From an uncultured delta proteobacterium (GTDB lineage Bacteria > Desulfobacterota > Desulfobacteria > Desulfobacterales > B30-G6), in NCBI GenBank assembly GCA_963823335.1, contig CAWGLD010000001.1:1760001-1824000 (forward strand): a stretch of 64,000 nucleotides of DNA, read 5' to 3'. Both the position numbers and the translations under genes were made by a program. Every line of letters starts with the position of its first letter. Within the stretch, counting starts at the first letter, position 1. Shown here piece by piece: positions 50,635 to 61,277 of the stretch. The notes beneath the pieces are model-generated. The model saw only the letters and a program-made list of their open reading frames with translations. It had not been told where the DNA came from and searched no databases.

Positions 50635-52916
50635 TGAACAGATCGATTTTAGACAGCATCGGCAACACTCCCATGGTGGAAATCCGGGCCCTGAACCCCA
50701 ATCATAGGGTCAGAGTTTTGGCCAAGCTGGAATATTTCAATCCCGGCGGGTCCATCAAAGACAGGCCTGCCCTGCAGATGATCGAAAACGGGGAAGCGTC
50801 CGGAGAGCTCACCCGGGACAAGACCGTTATCGAAGCCACCAGCGGCAATACGGGTATCGGCCTGGCGCTTGTCTGTTCGGTCAAAGGCTACCGGCTCCTC
50901 CTGGCCATGTCGGAATCCGTCAGCGGGGAGCGGCGGAAGATCCTCAGGGCAAGGGGTGCGGAAATTTTGCTGACACCCGGTCATTTGGGGACTGATGGCG
51001 CCATCGAAGAAGCGTATCGCCTGGTGCGCGAAAATCCCCAGCGCTACTTTTTGACAGACCAGTTCAATAACGACGCCAACTGGCAGGCTCATTATGATGG
51101 CACCGCACCTGAAATATGGGAACAGACCGGCGGCCAGGTCAACAAAGTTATCATGACACTGGGAACCAGCGGTACGGCCATGGGTGTTTCCCGCAGGATG
51201 AAAGCGTATGATCCGCGCATCGAGATTATCGGTGTCGAACCGTATCTCGGTCATAAAATTCAAGGCCTGAAGAATATGAAAGAGGCCTATCGACCCGAGA
51301 TATTCGATAAAAACCGTCTGGACAGAAAGATCAATATCGAAGACGAAGTTGCTTTCGATATGGCCAGACGTCTTGTGTTGGAAGAAGGCCTTTTTGTGGG
51401 TATGAGCAGTGGCGCTGCCATGGCCATAGCACTGGAGGAAGCCGGCAACATGACAGAGGGGACGCTGGTTGTCATCTTGCCGGACGGTGGTGAACGTTAC
51501 CTGAGCACGCCGCTTTTCACCATCAGGGACAAAGTGGAATTGAAGTTGTTCAATACCATGAGCCGTAAAAAAGACCTGTTCGAACCCCTGGTGCCGGGCA
51601 AGGTTAGCATGTATTCCTGTGGATTGACGGCTCATGCCAAAATCCATCTTGCAGAGTGCCGCCGGTTTGTTTTTTCCGACCTGCTCAGTCGATATCTCGG
51701 CTATCGCGGTTATGATGTGACCCATATTATGAATATTACCGATCTTGACGACAAGACCATCGACGGGTCGGAAAAAGCCGGTATGGCGTTATCTGATTTT
51801 ACACGCCTGCATATCCATGAATTTAAAAACGACTTGAAGTTGCTGGGCATCAAACCGGCCGAAAAATATCCCAGGGCCAGCGAGCACACCGGTGATATGG
51901 TGTCGATTTCAGAGAAACTGGTCAGCAAGGGCGTTGCTTATGAAAAACTGCGTTCAATCTATTTCGATATTTCACGATTCAGGGAATATGGCCGTTTATC
52001 GGGGATCGATATCGACAAGATCCGGCTTGGGGCCACGGTGGATCTGGATGAATACGAGAAGGAGAACCCTCGGGACTTCACGCTCCTGAAACGATCCAAA
52101 TTGTCCGAGCTCAAAAGAGGGATTTACGTCAAAACCGATTGGGGAAACGTGAGGCCCTCCTGGCATCTCCAATGTGCAACCATGTCTATGAAGTACCTTG
52201 GCGACAGCTACGACATCCATACCGCCAGTCGTGAACTGACCTTCCCCCACCACGAAAATGAAATCGCCATCGCCGGAGCCCTGACCGGAAAACCACTGGC
52301 CCGTTTCTGGATTCATTGTGAACGGGTGCTCGTGGACGGAAAGAAAATGGATGAAAAGGGTGAGGGCTTGACGGTCCAGCACCTTATGGACATGGGATTC
52401 AGTGGCAGGGAAATTCGATACTGGCTGATTTCGAGTCATTACCGCAAGCCGGTCCAGTTTGCCCGGACCAAACTTGTCAACGCTAGAAATTCGCTCCAAC
52501 GAATGGATTCCTGTATCTCCAGACTTCATGAATTAGGCGATGGACCTTCCTATCCGGAACTGGATCAGCTATTGTATGATATACGGCATGGCTTTGTGGA
52601 TGCCATGGACGACGATCTCAATATCTCCGCAGCACTGGCAACCATTTTCAGTATGATCAAGAAGATCAATCGCCTGATAGCGGAACAGGCTCTCAACCTG
52701 TCGGATGCCACCAAGATCATTGATGTTTTCAAGAAGATCGATACGGTTCTTAACCTGTTTGAATTTGAAGCTCAGGACCTGGACGCGGACATCCGGGCTC
52801 TCCTGGAAAAACGTGACCAGGCCAGAAAACAGCGAAATTGGGAGCTGGCCGATCAAATAAGGGCAGAGCTCGTCTTGCGGGGTGTTGCGGTCAGGGATCG
52901 GGAAAAAATATCATGA
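50631..52916 (+). CDS. cysS: cysteine synthase (CysK/M)-cysteinyl-tRNA synthetase fusion
   Basis: N-terminal NPGGSIKDR, EATSGNTG, GTSGT; C-terminal NITDLDDK, DF.L.K, RPSWHLQC, FPHHENE, AD.IR. Confidence 0.92.
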   Translation: MMNRSILDSIGNTPMVEIRALNPNHRVRVLAKLEYFNPGGSIKDRPALQMIENGEASGELTRDKTVIEATSGNTGIGLALVCSVKGYRLLLAMSESVSGERRKILRARGAEILLTPGHLGTDGAIEEAYRLVRENPQRYFLTDQFNNDANWQAHYDGTAPEIWEQTGGQVNKVIMTLGTSGTAMGVSRRMKAYDPRIEIIGVEPYLGHKIQGLKNMKEAYRPEIFDKNRLDRKINIEDEVAFDMARRLVLEEGLFVGMSSGAAMAIALEEAGNMTEGTLVVILPDGGERYLSTPLFTIRDKVELKLFNTMSRKKDLFEPLVPGKVSMYSCGLTAHAKIHLAECRRFVFSDLLSRYLGYRGYDVTHIMNITDLDDKTIDGSEKAGMALSDFTRLHIHEFKNDLKLLGIKPAEKYPRASEHTGDMVSISEKLVSKGVAYEKLRSIYFDISRFREYGRLSGIDIDKIRLGATVDLDEYEKENPRDFTLLKRSKLSELKRGIYVKTDWGNVRPSWHLQCATMSMKYLGDSYDIHTASRELTFPHHENEIAIAGALTGKPLARFWIHCERVLVDGKKMDEKGEGLTVQHLMDMGFSGREIRYWLISSHYRKPVQFARTKLVNARNSLQRMDSCISRLHELGDGPSYPELDQLLYDIRHGFVDAMDDDLNISAALATIFSMIKKINRLIAEQALNLSDATKIIDVFKKIDTVLNLFEFEAQDLDADIRALLEKRDQARKQRNWELADQIRAELVLRGVAVRDREKIS

Positions 52917-53947
52917 AACCCTTATTCTTTCCTTATACCTATGTGATGGAACCGACCATCAAGGACTACCGCTGCTTTTTCAGCGGCATCTCGGTTCTGC
53001 AGTCCTCCATGAAACACATGCCGGAACTTATGGGGCAATGGGCGGCCCAGGGCTTGCTGGAGGTACAGCTGCCTGACCCGGCGGTTTGCCGGGTTTTTGA
53101 TAAGGTTCTGGCTGAAACTGAAAATTGGGCCCGGAACCATCGTGGTGGTGTGGCCTCCTTTATAAAGGGGTACCAGGACGATGTTCCGTTTTTCGGTCCG
53201 TCATCGGTTTCGCAGATACGGCAGGACATCCGCACGGCAGGGCGGGCTGCTTCCCCTGATACACGGCAGCAGGAGTCCCTCCTCCGGGCGCGCATATTTC
53301 TTCAGATAGCGCAGGACTTTGACGCTCATAACCAGTGGCTCTCCCAACAGCTGCAGCAGCAGGAAGTCATGCAAAGAAACCTGTACCGGGAACTCAGGGG
53401 CGATGAGCATTCCACGGGCAGCCTGACCGAACCTGTTCCACCGCGAGAGAACCAGGACCTGTTTGAGTATATGATACTGGATCGTATGAAGGCGTGGTCT
53501 CGTGTGGTGCTATCCCATGGCCACGTGAAAGGACCCCTGGTGACAACGACTGCGTCCGTCCTGAACTTGATCCAGGAGCAGATATCGGATTCTGAAAAAC
53601 CGATCCTGGTGGCGACGATCCCGGCGATTCGCGAGGATGCGCTGACTGCGAACAATGAGCGGCAGGCCCTGATGGAATATTGCCAGAAACTGCTGCATTC
53701 ACCCATGCCCCTCATCAACGATTCCGGCTTGCTGGATGTCTATCCTGCTGAAACCACAGACACCCTTTCCATGAAACTATACCTGCTGCCTGATATTGCT
53801 CCGCAACGGTTTCTTGCCCGGTTTGTCGAAGGAGAATTACCTGGCGACAGGGATGCCGCTGACGAAGTGAATACGCTGATCGGGTTTATCCACAGCATTC
53901 GCACTGACGCCTTGAGGACCAGCGCAGATCAGGGCAATGAAGCGTAA
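52913..53947 (+). CDS. hypothetical protein
   Basis: 344 aa ORF ATGA-coupled to the cysS fusion. Confidence 0.75.
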   Translation: MKPLFFPYTYVMEPTIKDYRCFFSGISVLQSSMKHMPELMGQWAAQGLLEVQLPDPAVCRVFDKVLAETENWARNHRGGVASFIKGYQDDVPFFGPSSVSQIRQDIRTAGRAASPDTRQQESLLRARIFLQIAQDFDAHNQWLSQQLQQQEVMQRNLYRELRGDEHSTGSLTEPVPPRENQDLFEYMILDRMKAWSRVVLSHGHVKGPLVTTTASVLNLIQEQISDSEKPILVATIPAIREDALTANNERQALMEYCQKLLHSPMPLINDSGLLDVYPAETTDTLSMKLYLLPDIAPQRFLARFVEGELPGDRDAADEVNTLIGFIHSIRTDALRTSADQGNEA

Positions 53948-54267
53948 CAGCGGCCGAATTCTCCGTGGCTTGCCGTGAGGAATCTTCAATTCTCCGCTTG
54001 ATAAGTTAACAGGTGCGAATATATTTCCAGAAATTATCAGAAGAAGACTTGACTCGAAAAATGAATTGGTATATTGGCATTTTCGTTGATTGTTCTACAA
54101 ATCGCGTGCTCGGCACGCGGTTCCGAACCTGAACTTACGGAGACGCGCTGTCTCCTTTGTCTTTCCCCCATTTTGGGGGAAATCCAAGCCACCCGTTTCA
54201 CGGGTGGTAGTTGATTAAAAATGGTGTTTGACACCCTGACTGAACATTACCAAAGGAGGCGTGAAAA

Positions 54268-54456
54268 ATGGCTTTTGTACCTACAGTTGATGAAGGAAAA
54301 TGCGTGGGCTGTGAAGAATGTGTCGATGTTTGTCCTACCGAAGTTTTTGAAATGGTCGATGAAAAATCATCACCCGTGAATGCGGAAGAGTGTCTGGGCT
54401 GTGAGAGTTGTGTAGAAGTATGCGAAGAAGACGCCATTACCGTTGAAGAGACGTAA
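54268..54456 (+). CDS. 2[4Fe-4S] ferredoxin
   Basis: Two CxxCxxCxxxC motifs; AAGGAGG RBS. Confidence 0.95.
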   Translation: MAFVPTVDEGKCVGCEECVDVCPTEVFEMVDEKSSPVNAEECLGCESCVEVCEEDAITVEET

Positions 54457-54469
54457 GCACTTCATATTC

Positions 54470-54612
54470 TGAACCGAAAAAGCGAGTGCTAACCCCGTAG
54501 GTTCTGCCGTTCGGCATTGCTTCGCATGCTGCAGGGTTAGCGAGCGAATCTAAAATAGACAGAATTCCTTACGGTGGAAGATTCCTCGTAGCTTGCTGCG
54601 AGGTTCTTCAAT
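54470..54612 (+). repeat. GTAGCTTGCTGCG-family element with inserted arm
   Basis: Near-identical to 4965-5085 plus a GTTCTGCCGTTCGGCA insert. Confidence 0.85.
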
Positions 54613-54969
54613 TTCCCCTGGCCGGGTCGTATCAATGGCCAGGGGAAATCGGGTATCACTCATCCTTCTGATGTCCTTTGCGCCACGCGCGTCATTTGTC
54701 CGACCGGACGGCAGTTAGCCTTCGGCTGTCATCAGCATTTCATCCGATATTTTACCCTGCGGGCGTCATTACTTACGGCTGTCATTAATTCTTCGAATGT
54801 CATTATGCCTGCGGCTGATATCTGTGATAGGCGCGATATTCATTGTTACTAATGGCTGACAGCAACAATGAATGACACGAAGTAAATGACCATAAATGAC
54901 GCGGAGCAAATGACATTCGTTTGAAATAGTAATATATTTCAAACAAATAAGCATAACACTTAAAACGAT

Positions 54970-56199
54970 TTATACCATAAAATTCTGTTTTTCCATCGGG
55001 GTGATACAGACGGTGGATGATTTCAAGGCGTTCAGCAGTGCCTGGGCCTGGTCATGCTTTTTGTCTATGGCGGCATCTGTCTGGCCGGGGTCATGGTGAA
55101 ACATGTAGAGGGTGCCTACCTTGGCACGATGTGCCAGATGGATCACTTCCGTGATGGATGAATGCCCCCAGCGCGCTTTTTGGGCGTACTCCTCCTCGTC
55201 ATAGGTGCAATCGGTGATCAATGCATCTGTGTTGCGTATGAAGGTCGTCAATTTCTTGATATAGGCGCCGTTGTAAAAACGGCTCGATTTGGGAAATAGC
55301 TCATTGTCGGTGATGTAGCAGATGGAGCGGTCCTTGTAGTCGATCCGGTACCCCAGGCAATGTCCCGGGTGATTGAGAAGAACCGTCTGAACCTTGATGC
55401 CGTCTATGGAAACAACACCTTCCTTCAGGTTCTGGAAGGATACGGTGGCACCGAATTCCTTGATTTCGATAGGGAAATAGACACCGTCCATCTGTCCGGA
55501 AATCAGTTCACGTATGGAAATATCCCCATGGGCTGGTCCCATGATCTCGAATTCATTGCCCTGCTTGTACAGGGGGGTGAAAAAAGGCAGGGCATTGATA
55601 TGGTCCCAGTGGGGATGGGAGATAAATATCTTGGCTTCGATCTGTGAACGGTTCTGGGTCTCGAGATGATCCGACAGGGATTTGATGCCTGTCCCGGCAT
55701 CGAAGATAAAGAGACCTCCTTTTGGAAACTCGAGACTTATGCAACTTGTATTGCCACCGTAGCGAATCGTTTCCTGTCCGGGCACAGGCAAGGTTCCTCT
55801 GACGCCCCAGAAAGTCATTTCGATGCGATCTTCCACGATACGCTGGATCTGTCCCGCGATTTTATCGGGAGCCACCGGTTTGACGATATAACCATCGGCG
55901 CCCATGTCAAACGCCCGTTTGCGGTCAATTTCATAAGCTTTGCCGGAGACCACCACAATTTTGGTTTTGTTCAGGTCGGGGTCGGCTCTCACCTGCATGC
56001 ATAACTCAAGACCGTCGATGTCCGGCATCATGATGTCGAGGATGAGACAATCGGGTTTGAGACGTTTGATTTCCTGGAGAGCACTGGAACTGGTGGTGCT
56101 CGATGCGATGGTCAATAAATCCGAAGCCAGGTACTTGGTCAGAAACTTGATAAAGACCCGATCATCGTCGACAATGAAATATGTTCGTTTTTCATGCAT
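54970..56199 (-). CDS. response regulator fused to MBL-fold hydrolase
   Basis: REC domain (VDDD, LDIMMP, KP) plus FWGVRG, GGNTSC, SHPHWDH, HHDP. Confidence 0.9.
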   Translation of the reverse strand: MHEKRTYFIVDDDRVFIKFLTKYLASDLLTIASSTTSSSALQEIKRLKPDCLILDIMMPDIDGLELCMQVRADPDLNKTKIVVVSGKAYEIDRKRAFDMGADGYIVKPVAPDKIAGQIQRIVEDRIEMTFWGVRGTLPVPGQETIRYGGNTSCISLEFPKGGLFIFDAGTGIKSLSDHLETQNRSQIEAKIFISHPHWDHINALPFFTPLYKQGNEFEIMGPAHGDISIRELISGQMDGVYFPIEIKEFGATVSFQNLKEGVVSIDGIKVQTVLLNHPGHCLGYRIDYKDRSICYITDNELFPKSSRFYNGAYIKKLTTFIRNTDALITDCTYDEEEYAQKARWGHSSITEVIHLAHRAKVGTLYMFHHDPGQTDAAIDKKHDQAQALLNALKSSTVCITPMEKQNFMV

Positions 56200-56212
56200 G
56201 GCAAAACCACTC

Positions 56213-56366
56213 AAATCCGAAACACGAAATTCGAAAACCTAAACAATACCCAATGACACAAATTCGAATGATCAAAACAAACCGTGTAAAGTATAATCCC
56301 ACGCTCTGTTTTGGTCATTTGGGTATTTGATATTGTTTCGGATTTAGATATTCGATATTCGGATTT
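56213..56366. repeat. long imperfect palindrome built from 7-mer units
   Basis: AAATCCGAAACACGAAATTCG.../...GATATTCGATATTCGGATTT. Confidence 0.7.
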
Positions 56367-56406
56367 CCTCGCTCTTAATAGTTGGCGGTAATCCACCTGC
56401 TTTCTT

Positions 56407-57438
56407 TTATGGATTTTCGCTGGCGATTTTCCGGAAGACCGGCAGGGATTCCATAAAAAGGTTATAAAAAAAGGGGTCGAAGTGATTTCCCCTGGCTTCA
56501 TCCATTTTTCTGAGAACCTCTTTTTCAGGCTCGGCCTTACGGTAAACCCGATCCTGGCTGAGGGCATCGTAAACATCCACCAGGGAAACGATCCTGGCCG
56601 CCTCGGGTATTTCTTCGGCTGAACGATTTTCAGGGTAACCTTTTCCTTCCCATTTCTCATGGTGATAGAGCGCGATATCGTGGGCTAGTTGCAACATGGG
56701 AAATTCAGAATCCCCCAATATTTGACCACCGATGGTCGTGTGTGACTTGATCACCTCGAACTCTTCTGTGGTAAGCGGGCCCTCTTTTTGCAGGATGGCA
56801 TCCGGAACACCTATTTTGCCGATGTCATGCATGGGAGCGGCCAAACGGATATCATCCACCTGTTGCTTGGTCCACCCTGCAGCCTCGGCCAGGTGGGCGC
56901 TGTAGAGACCGATCCGCCTGACATGCCCGCCGGTTTCTTCATCCCGCGATTCGAGTGCCGTCAAGAGCCGGATGATGGTTTCTTCCTGGGTCTGGCGGAT
57001 CATGCGGGTCTGTTTCTGGACGATTTTTTCGAGTCCTTCTCCGTACTCCCTGAGGGTTCTTTCCAGCCTGACGGTTCTTTCCCCCACTGTGAGACGGGCG
57101 CGAAGTTCATCGGGCTCAAATGGCTTAATGACATAATCGTCCACACCGACTTCGGATAACCCTTTGACCACATCTTCCTTGTCCCCCCTGGATGTCAGGA
57201 GGATCGTGTAGACATAAGGTTTTTCTCTTCCCCGGCTACGGATATGGCCCACCAGTTCCAGGCCGTCCATTTCCGGCATCATCCAGTCTGTGATTACGAT
57301 GTCGATATCCTTGGATAGGAAATGCTCCAGGGCAGCCAGCCCGTTTTCCGAGGTGATGACTTGGTGGTCCCACTTTTCAAGGAAATGCTGCAGCCTGTGC
57401 CGGGTAACCCCATCGTCTTCAGCTATCAGTATCTTCAA
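56407..57438 (-). CDS. REC-HD-GYP phosphodiesterase
   Basis: REC domain; ETGGH, HDIGK, HHEKWEGKGYP. Confidence 0.93.
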   Translation of the reverse strand: MKILIAEDDGVTRHRLQHFLEKWDHQVITSENGLAALEHFLSKDIDIVITDWMMPEMDGLELVGHIRSRGREKPYVYTILLTSRGDKEDVVKGLSEVGVDDYVIKPFEPDELRARLTVGERTVRLERTLREYGEGLEKIVQKQTRMIRQTQEETIIRLLTALESRDEETGGHVRRIGLYSAHLAEAAGWTKQQVDDIRLAAPMHDIGKIGVPDAILQKEGPLTTEEFEVIKSHTTIGGQILGDSEFPMLQLAHDIALYHHEKWEGKGYPENRSAEEIPEAARIVSLVDVYDALSQDRVYRKAEPEKEVLRKMDEARGNHFDPFFYNLFMESLPVFRKIASENP

Positions 57439-60086
57439 TTCATTGTCTCCCTGGACAAATCTAAAAACATTCTTTCGAGGCTGTCGAGTTCGCTGGAAAG
57501 TTGTGTGTAGGTGTCTGCGGCCCGTTCAAGATTTCCCTCGGCGCCCATCTTTTCGAGATTGTATGCTTTTTTAGTTGCTGTTTCAACCTGAAAATTACCC
57601 AGCATGCCCTTGAGGGCATGTGCTGTCCGCTGGAGTGCAGGTGCATCCCCGGTCTGGATGGCAGCATGAATATTTTTGAGCATTTCCGGATAATCCGCGA
57701 CAAACATGTCTAGGACCTCTTTTAGAAAATCCCAGTCATTGTCGAATGCTTTCAAAAGGGCCTCTCTATCGAATAGCGGTTGCGTGTTTTCTGCCACGGC
57801 TGATTTCTCCTTGTTGGGTCCGGAGCGTTCCGGTACGAGTGTTCTGATAGCATTCAAGAGGGCTTCGGAAGAAATGGGTTTTGGAACGTAGTCATCCATA
57901 CCCGCCGCGAGGCAACGTTCACGATCGCCTTTCATGGCATGCGCTGTCATGGCGATGACAGGGGTGTGCCCGCCTGTCTTTTCTTCGAATTCCCGTATTC
58001 GGGCGGTGGCCTCAAACCCGTCCATTTCCGGCATTTGAACATCCATGAGGATGAGGTCATAGCGATCCTCGGAAACGGCTGTAACTGCCTTGCGGCCATC
58101 CCCTACAATTACGGCCGTGTGACCCCATCTGCCGAGCAGGCGCGTAATGAACTTCTGATTGAAGGGTGTGTCTTCGGCAACGAGAATCTTGAGAGGTTGC
58201 ATCTGAGCGTTATGGGTCGGTTTTAGTGCGGGCGCTTCTTTTTCCTGATCGGATTCCGTCTGCACAACGGCATTGATGATGGCATCCAGCAGGTCCGATG
58301 GCCGTACCGGTTTAGTGATGGACGAAGATATGTTCAAATCCTGCATGTCCACCTGCCGCCGGTCCCGCAGCGAGGTGATCATCAGGATTATGTTACAATC
58401 CAGGTCTTTTTGGTCCCTGATCCATCTGGCAAGCGAAAAACCATCCGCTCCCGGCATATCGGAGTCGATCAGTACCAGCCCAAAGGGATTTCCGGATGCC
58501 TGGGCTTCGGAGAGAATCTCCTTGGCTTTTCCAGAACTGGTAATGCCGATAGGAGATAAATGCCAGCTCTCCATCATTTCCATGATGATTTCGAGATTGC
58601 TCAGGTTGTCGTCGACGACGAGTCCCTTTACACCGCTTATATCGATATCCGGTTTGTGCGTTGTGGATTCGCCGTCCGTCACTGGCTGCTCAAAATGGGC
58701 CGTGAAATGGAAAGCGCTTCCAGGCCCCACGGCATCACCCTGGGAGGGGGTCTGTCTGGACGATACGGGGCTTTCAATCCAGATGCGACCGTTCATCAAC
58801 GTCACCAGTTGTTTGGATACCGCCAGGCCCAGCCCTGTACCGCCGTACTTGCGGGTGGTGCTTCCATCTGCCTGGGCAAAAGCACCGAAAATCGATTCCT
58901 GTTTTTTCTTGGGTATCCCGATACCGGTGTCCCTCACCGAAAAAGTCAGATGATAGGGATCCTGTCCACTGGTTTCGGGGCCGACCACCAGGACGATTTC
59001 CCCTTTTTCTGTAAATTTGACGGCGTTACCGATGAGGTTGAGAACAATCTGGCGGACTCTTGACGGATCCCCCACGATCATTTCCGGCACATTGGGATCG
59101 ACCCGATAGGCCAGTTCCAGTTTTTTTTCATGGGCCTTGGATGCGACGATCCTGAGGGATTCTCCTAAAAATTCCTTGAGGTTGAAAGGGATGGCTTCGA
59201 GCTCCAGTTTGCCTGCTTCGATTTTTGAAAAATCGAGAATGTCGTTGATGAGTGAGAGGAGAGCGTAGGCAGCGGAGATGACAACGTTCAGATCTTCTCG
59301 TTGCTCGGGCTTCAGATCCGAGTCCAGAGAAAGTTCGGTAAGTCCGATAATCGAATTCAGAGGGGTGCGGATCTCGTGACTCATGTTGGCCAGGAACTCG
59401 CTCTTGGACCTGCTGGCAGCCTCGGCGGCCAGTTTTTCCTGGTACATGGCCTCGGTCAGTTTTCGTCGGGTAATGTCCCGCAGAAAGCCTCGGAATCCCG
59501 TTGTTTCGCCCTCGGCATCCTTGATCAGGGTTAGGGTGGTTTCAAAATATCCTTCAGAACCGTCCACTTTTTTAAAAGACCAGTCAAGATCATTCGACTG
59601 GACAGTCTCATCGTTTGAAATTGCCTCGAAGGTCTGCATCAGCATCCGGCCATTTTCTTGTGCCAGAATGGAATGGATATCCCTGCCTATGATGTCATGC
59701 TGAGATTGTTCGAGGATCTTCGCCAGGGAACTGTTACAGAATGTCAAGATGCCTTGTGTGTTGAATTCGTAGTAGCCGTCCTCGATACTTTCGATAATGG
59801 TTCTGTATTTTTCTTCGCTTTCGCGCATGGCGGCTTCGGCAATTTTTCGCTGGTTGATGGTGAACTGGGCGTGGGAACCAAAAATAGCGAAAAAGGACAG
59901 TACCAGGAATCGGGTGAGCAGGTCATTGACGTGGGGTCCGATGAGACGCTGGGAAAAGCTGATATCATTGGGAAGCATGGCATATACCAAGGCTTCGATG
60001 AACCAGTAGAAAATGGCTAAACCGAAACCGATGAGGGCCATATGATCCAGGAATCGTTTTCTGCTTATGTTTTTCATCGGCGCCAT
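57435..60086 (-). CDS. hybrid sensor histidine kinase (TM-PAS-HK-REC-REC-Hpt)
   Basis: [22 protein letters not shown], two REC domains, AHALKG. Confidence 0.95.
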   Translation of the reverse strand: MAPMKNISRKRFLDHMALIGFGLAIFYWFIEALVYAMLPNDISFSQRLIGPHVNDLLTRFLVLSFFAIFGSHAQFTINQRKIAEAAMRESEEKYRTIIESIEDGYYEFNTQGILTFCNSSLAKILEQSQHDIIGRDIHSILAQENGRMLMQTFEAISNDETVQSNDLDWSFKKVDGSEGYFETTLTLIKDAEGETTGFRGFLRDITRRKLTEAMYQEKLAAEAASRSKSEFLANMSHEIRTPLNSIIGLTELSLDSDLKPEQREDLNVVISAAYALLSLINDILDFSKIEAGKLELEAIPFNLKEFLGESLRIVASKAHEKKLELAYRVDPNVPEMIVGDPSRVRQIVLNLIGNAVKFTEKGEIVLVVGPETSGQDPYHLTFSVRDTGIGIPKKKQESIFGAFAQADGSTTRKYGGTGLGLAVSKQLVTLMNGRIWIESPVSSRQTPSQGDAVGPGSAFHFTAHFEQPVTDGESTTHKPDIDISGVKGLVVDDNLSNLEIIMEMMESWHLSPIGITSSGKAKEILSEAQASGNPFGLVLIDSDMPGADGFSLARWIRDQKDLDCNIILMITSLRDRRQVDMQDLNISSSITKPVRPSDLLDAIINAVVQTESDQEKEAPALKPTHNAQMQPLKILVAEDTPFNQKFITRLLGRWGHTAVIVGDGRKAVTAVSEDRYDLILMDVQMPEMDGFEATARIREFEEKTGGHTPVIAMTAHAMKGDRERCLAAGMDDYVPKPISSEALLNAIRTLVPERSGPNKEKSAVAENTQPLFDREALLKAFDNDWDFLKEVLDMFVADYPEMLKNIHAAIQTGDAPALQRTAHALKGMLGNFQVETATKKAYNLEKMGAEGNLERAADTYTQLSSELDSLERMFLDLSRETMN

Positions 60087-60211
60087 TCTATGATAAAACG
60101 ATGAAAACTACAACAGTATTTTCCAGGGTCCGACCCCCACCGGTTGTTGTGGCGGTTCGTTTAAAACATATATATTGCGATCAAGACAAAACTGTGGTAG
60201 TTTCCCACATC

Positions 60212-60544
60212 ATGAAACAGTATGTCATCGATGAGATAAGAGTTGAAGATTATATACAAATCAAAGCTTTTCTCGAAAAGGAATATGGGACATCAGAACT
60301 GGGAGGAATCCACTGGATCCCGGTGGATGAGGCACTGCTGACATCGCTCCAGGCATCCCACCGGTCGTGTCAACCGTACTATGTTGCCCTGGACCTTGAA
60401 CCCGACAGGTTGTGCTGCGAACTGCTGATTCGAACCAAACAACGCGTTCGTTGCGATTGTGTGGGCTACGCCAACCAGGAACAGCGTAACTGGGTTATCA
60501 ACGGAATAGACAGGGTGTTTGAACAATTGGAGATCATTACATAA
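60212..60544 (+). CDS. hypothetical protein
   Basis: MKQYVIDE...HRSCQP...ELLIR...RCDC ORF, colinear with downstream operon. Confidence 0.7.
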   Translation: MKQYVIDEIRVEDYIQIKAFLEKEYGTSELGGIHWIPVDEALLTSLQASHRSCQPYYVALDLEPDRLCCELLIRTKQRVRCDCVGYANQEQRNWVINGIDRVFEQLEIIT

Positions 60545-60548
60545 TCAC

Positions 60549-61274
60549 ATGATACGTCAATTTCTGCAAACGGTCTTCATTCTTGTTTATATTGTTCTGG
60601 CAACGATTGTTATGGCCACCGTCGTCATCATCGTCGCTCTTTTCAGCAGGGATGGCAACGCGCCCCATTTGGTGGCCGGGGCGTGGGCGAGATCCATTTT
60701 GTTCGTCAGTGGTATTCGTGTCCATGTGAATGGTCTTGAAAACTTGAACGTCGGCGGCTCCTGTATCCTGATGCCCAACCATCAGAGCAATTTTGACATA
60801 CCGGTCCTGCTGGGGTGTCTGCCTGTCCAGTTCCGGTGGCTGGCAAAGGCCGAGTTGTTCAAAATACCGATATTCGGCCGTGGTATGCGTGGCTGCGGCT
60901 ATATCAGTATCGACAGATCCAACCGTAAGTCAGCGTTCCAGAGTCTGGCTGAGGCCGCAACCAAAATCCGGAACGGGGTATCGGTACTGATTTTCCCGGA
61001 AGGAACCCGGAGTTGGGACGGAAAGATCCTGCCGTTTAAAAAGGGCGGTTTCGTGTTGTCTGTGGATGCGGGCGTTCCCATCGTGCCGATCGTTATTTTC
61101 AATACGTGGTCCATCATGCCCAAAGGCAGGCTGCGAATCCGAACGCGATCGGTCCGAATGGATATCCTGGCACCCATACCCACGTCTACTTACACCCGTG
61201 AAACAAAGGATGACCTCATGGAGTTTGTGAGGAACACCATCTGTAACGCATATGAAGAGAACGGCCACGAATAA
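60549..61274 (+). CDS. plsC: 1-acyl-sn-glycerol-3-phosphate acyltransferase
   Basis: NHQSNFD, IDRS, FPEGTRS. Confidence 0.9.
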   Translation: MIRQFLQTVFILVYIVLATIVMATVVIIVALFSRDGNAPHLVAGAWARSILFVSGIRVHVNGLENLNVGGSCILMPNHQSNFDIPVLLGCLPVQFRWLAKAELFKIPIFGRGMRGCGYISIDRSNRKSAFQSLAEAATKIRNGVSVLIFPEGTRSWDGKILPFKKGGFVLSVDAGVPIVPIVIFNTWSIMPKGRLRIRTRSVRMDILAPIPTSTYTRETKDDLMEFVRNTICNAYEENGHE

Positions 61275-61277
61275 CAC

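Noticed and set aside
54868-54915. AATGAC repeated four times with a small ORF 54769-54954
   Set aside because: Explained by one short 24-nt tandem duplication; no supportable function.
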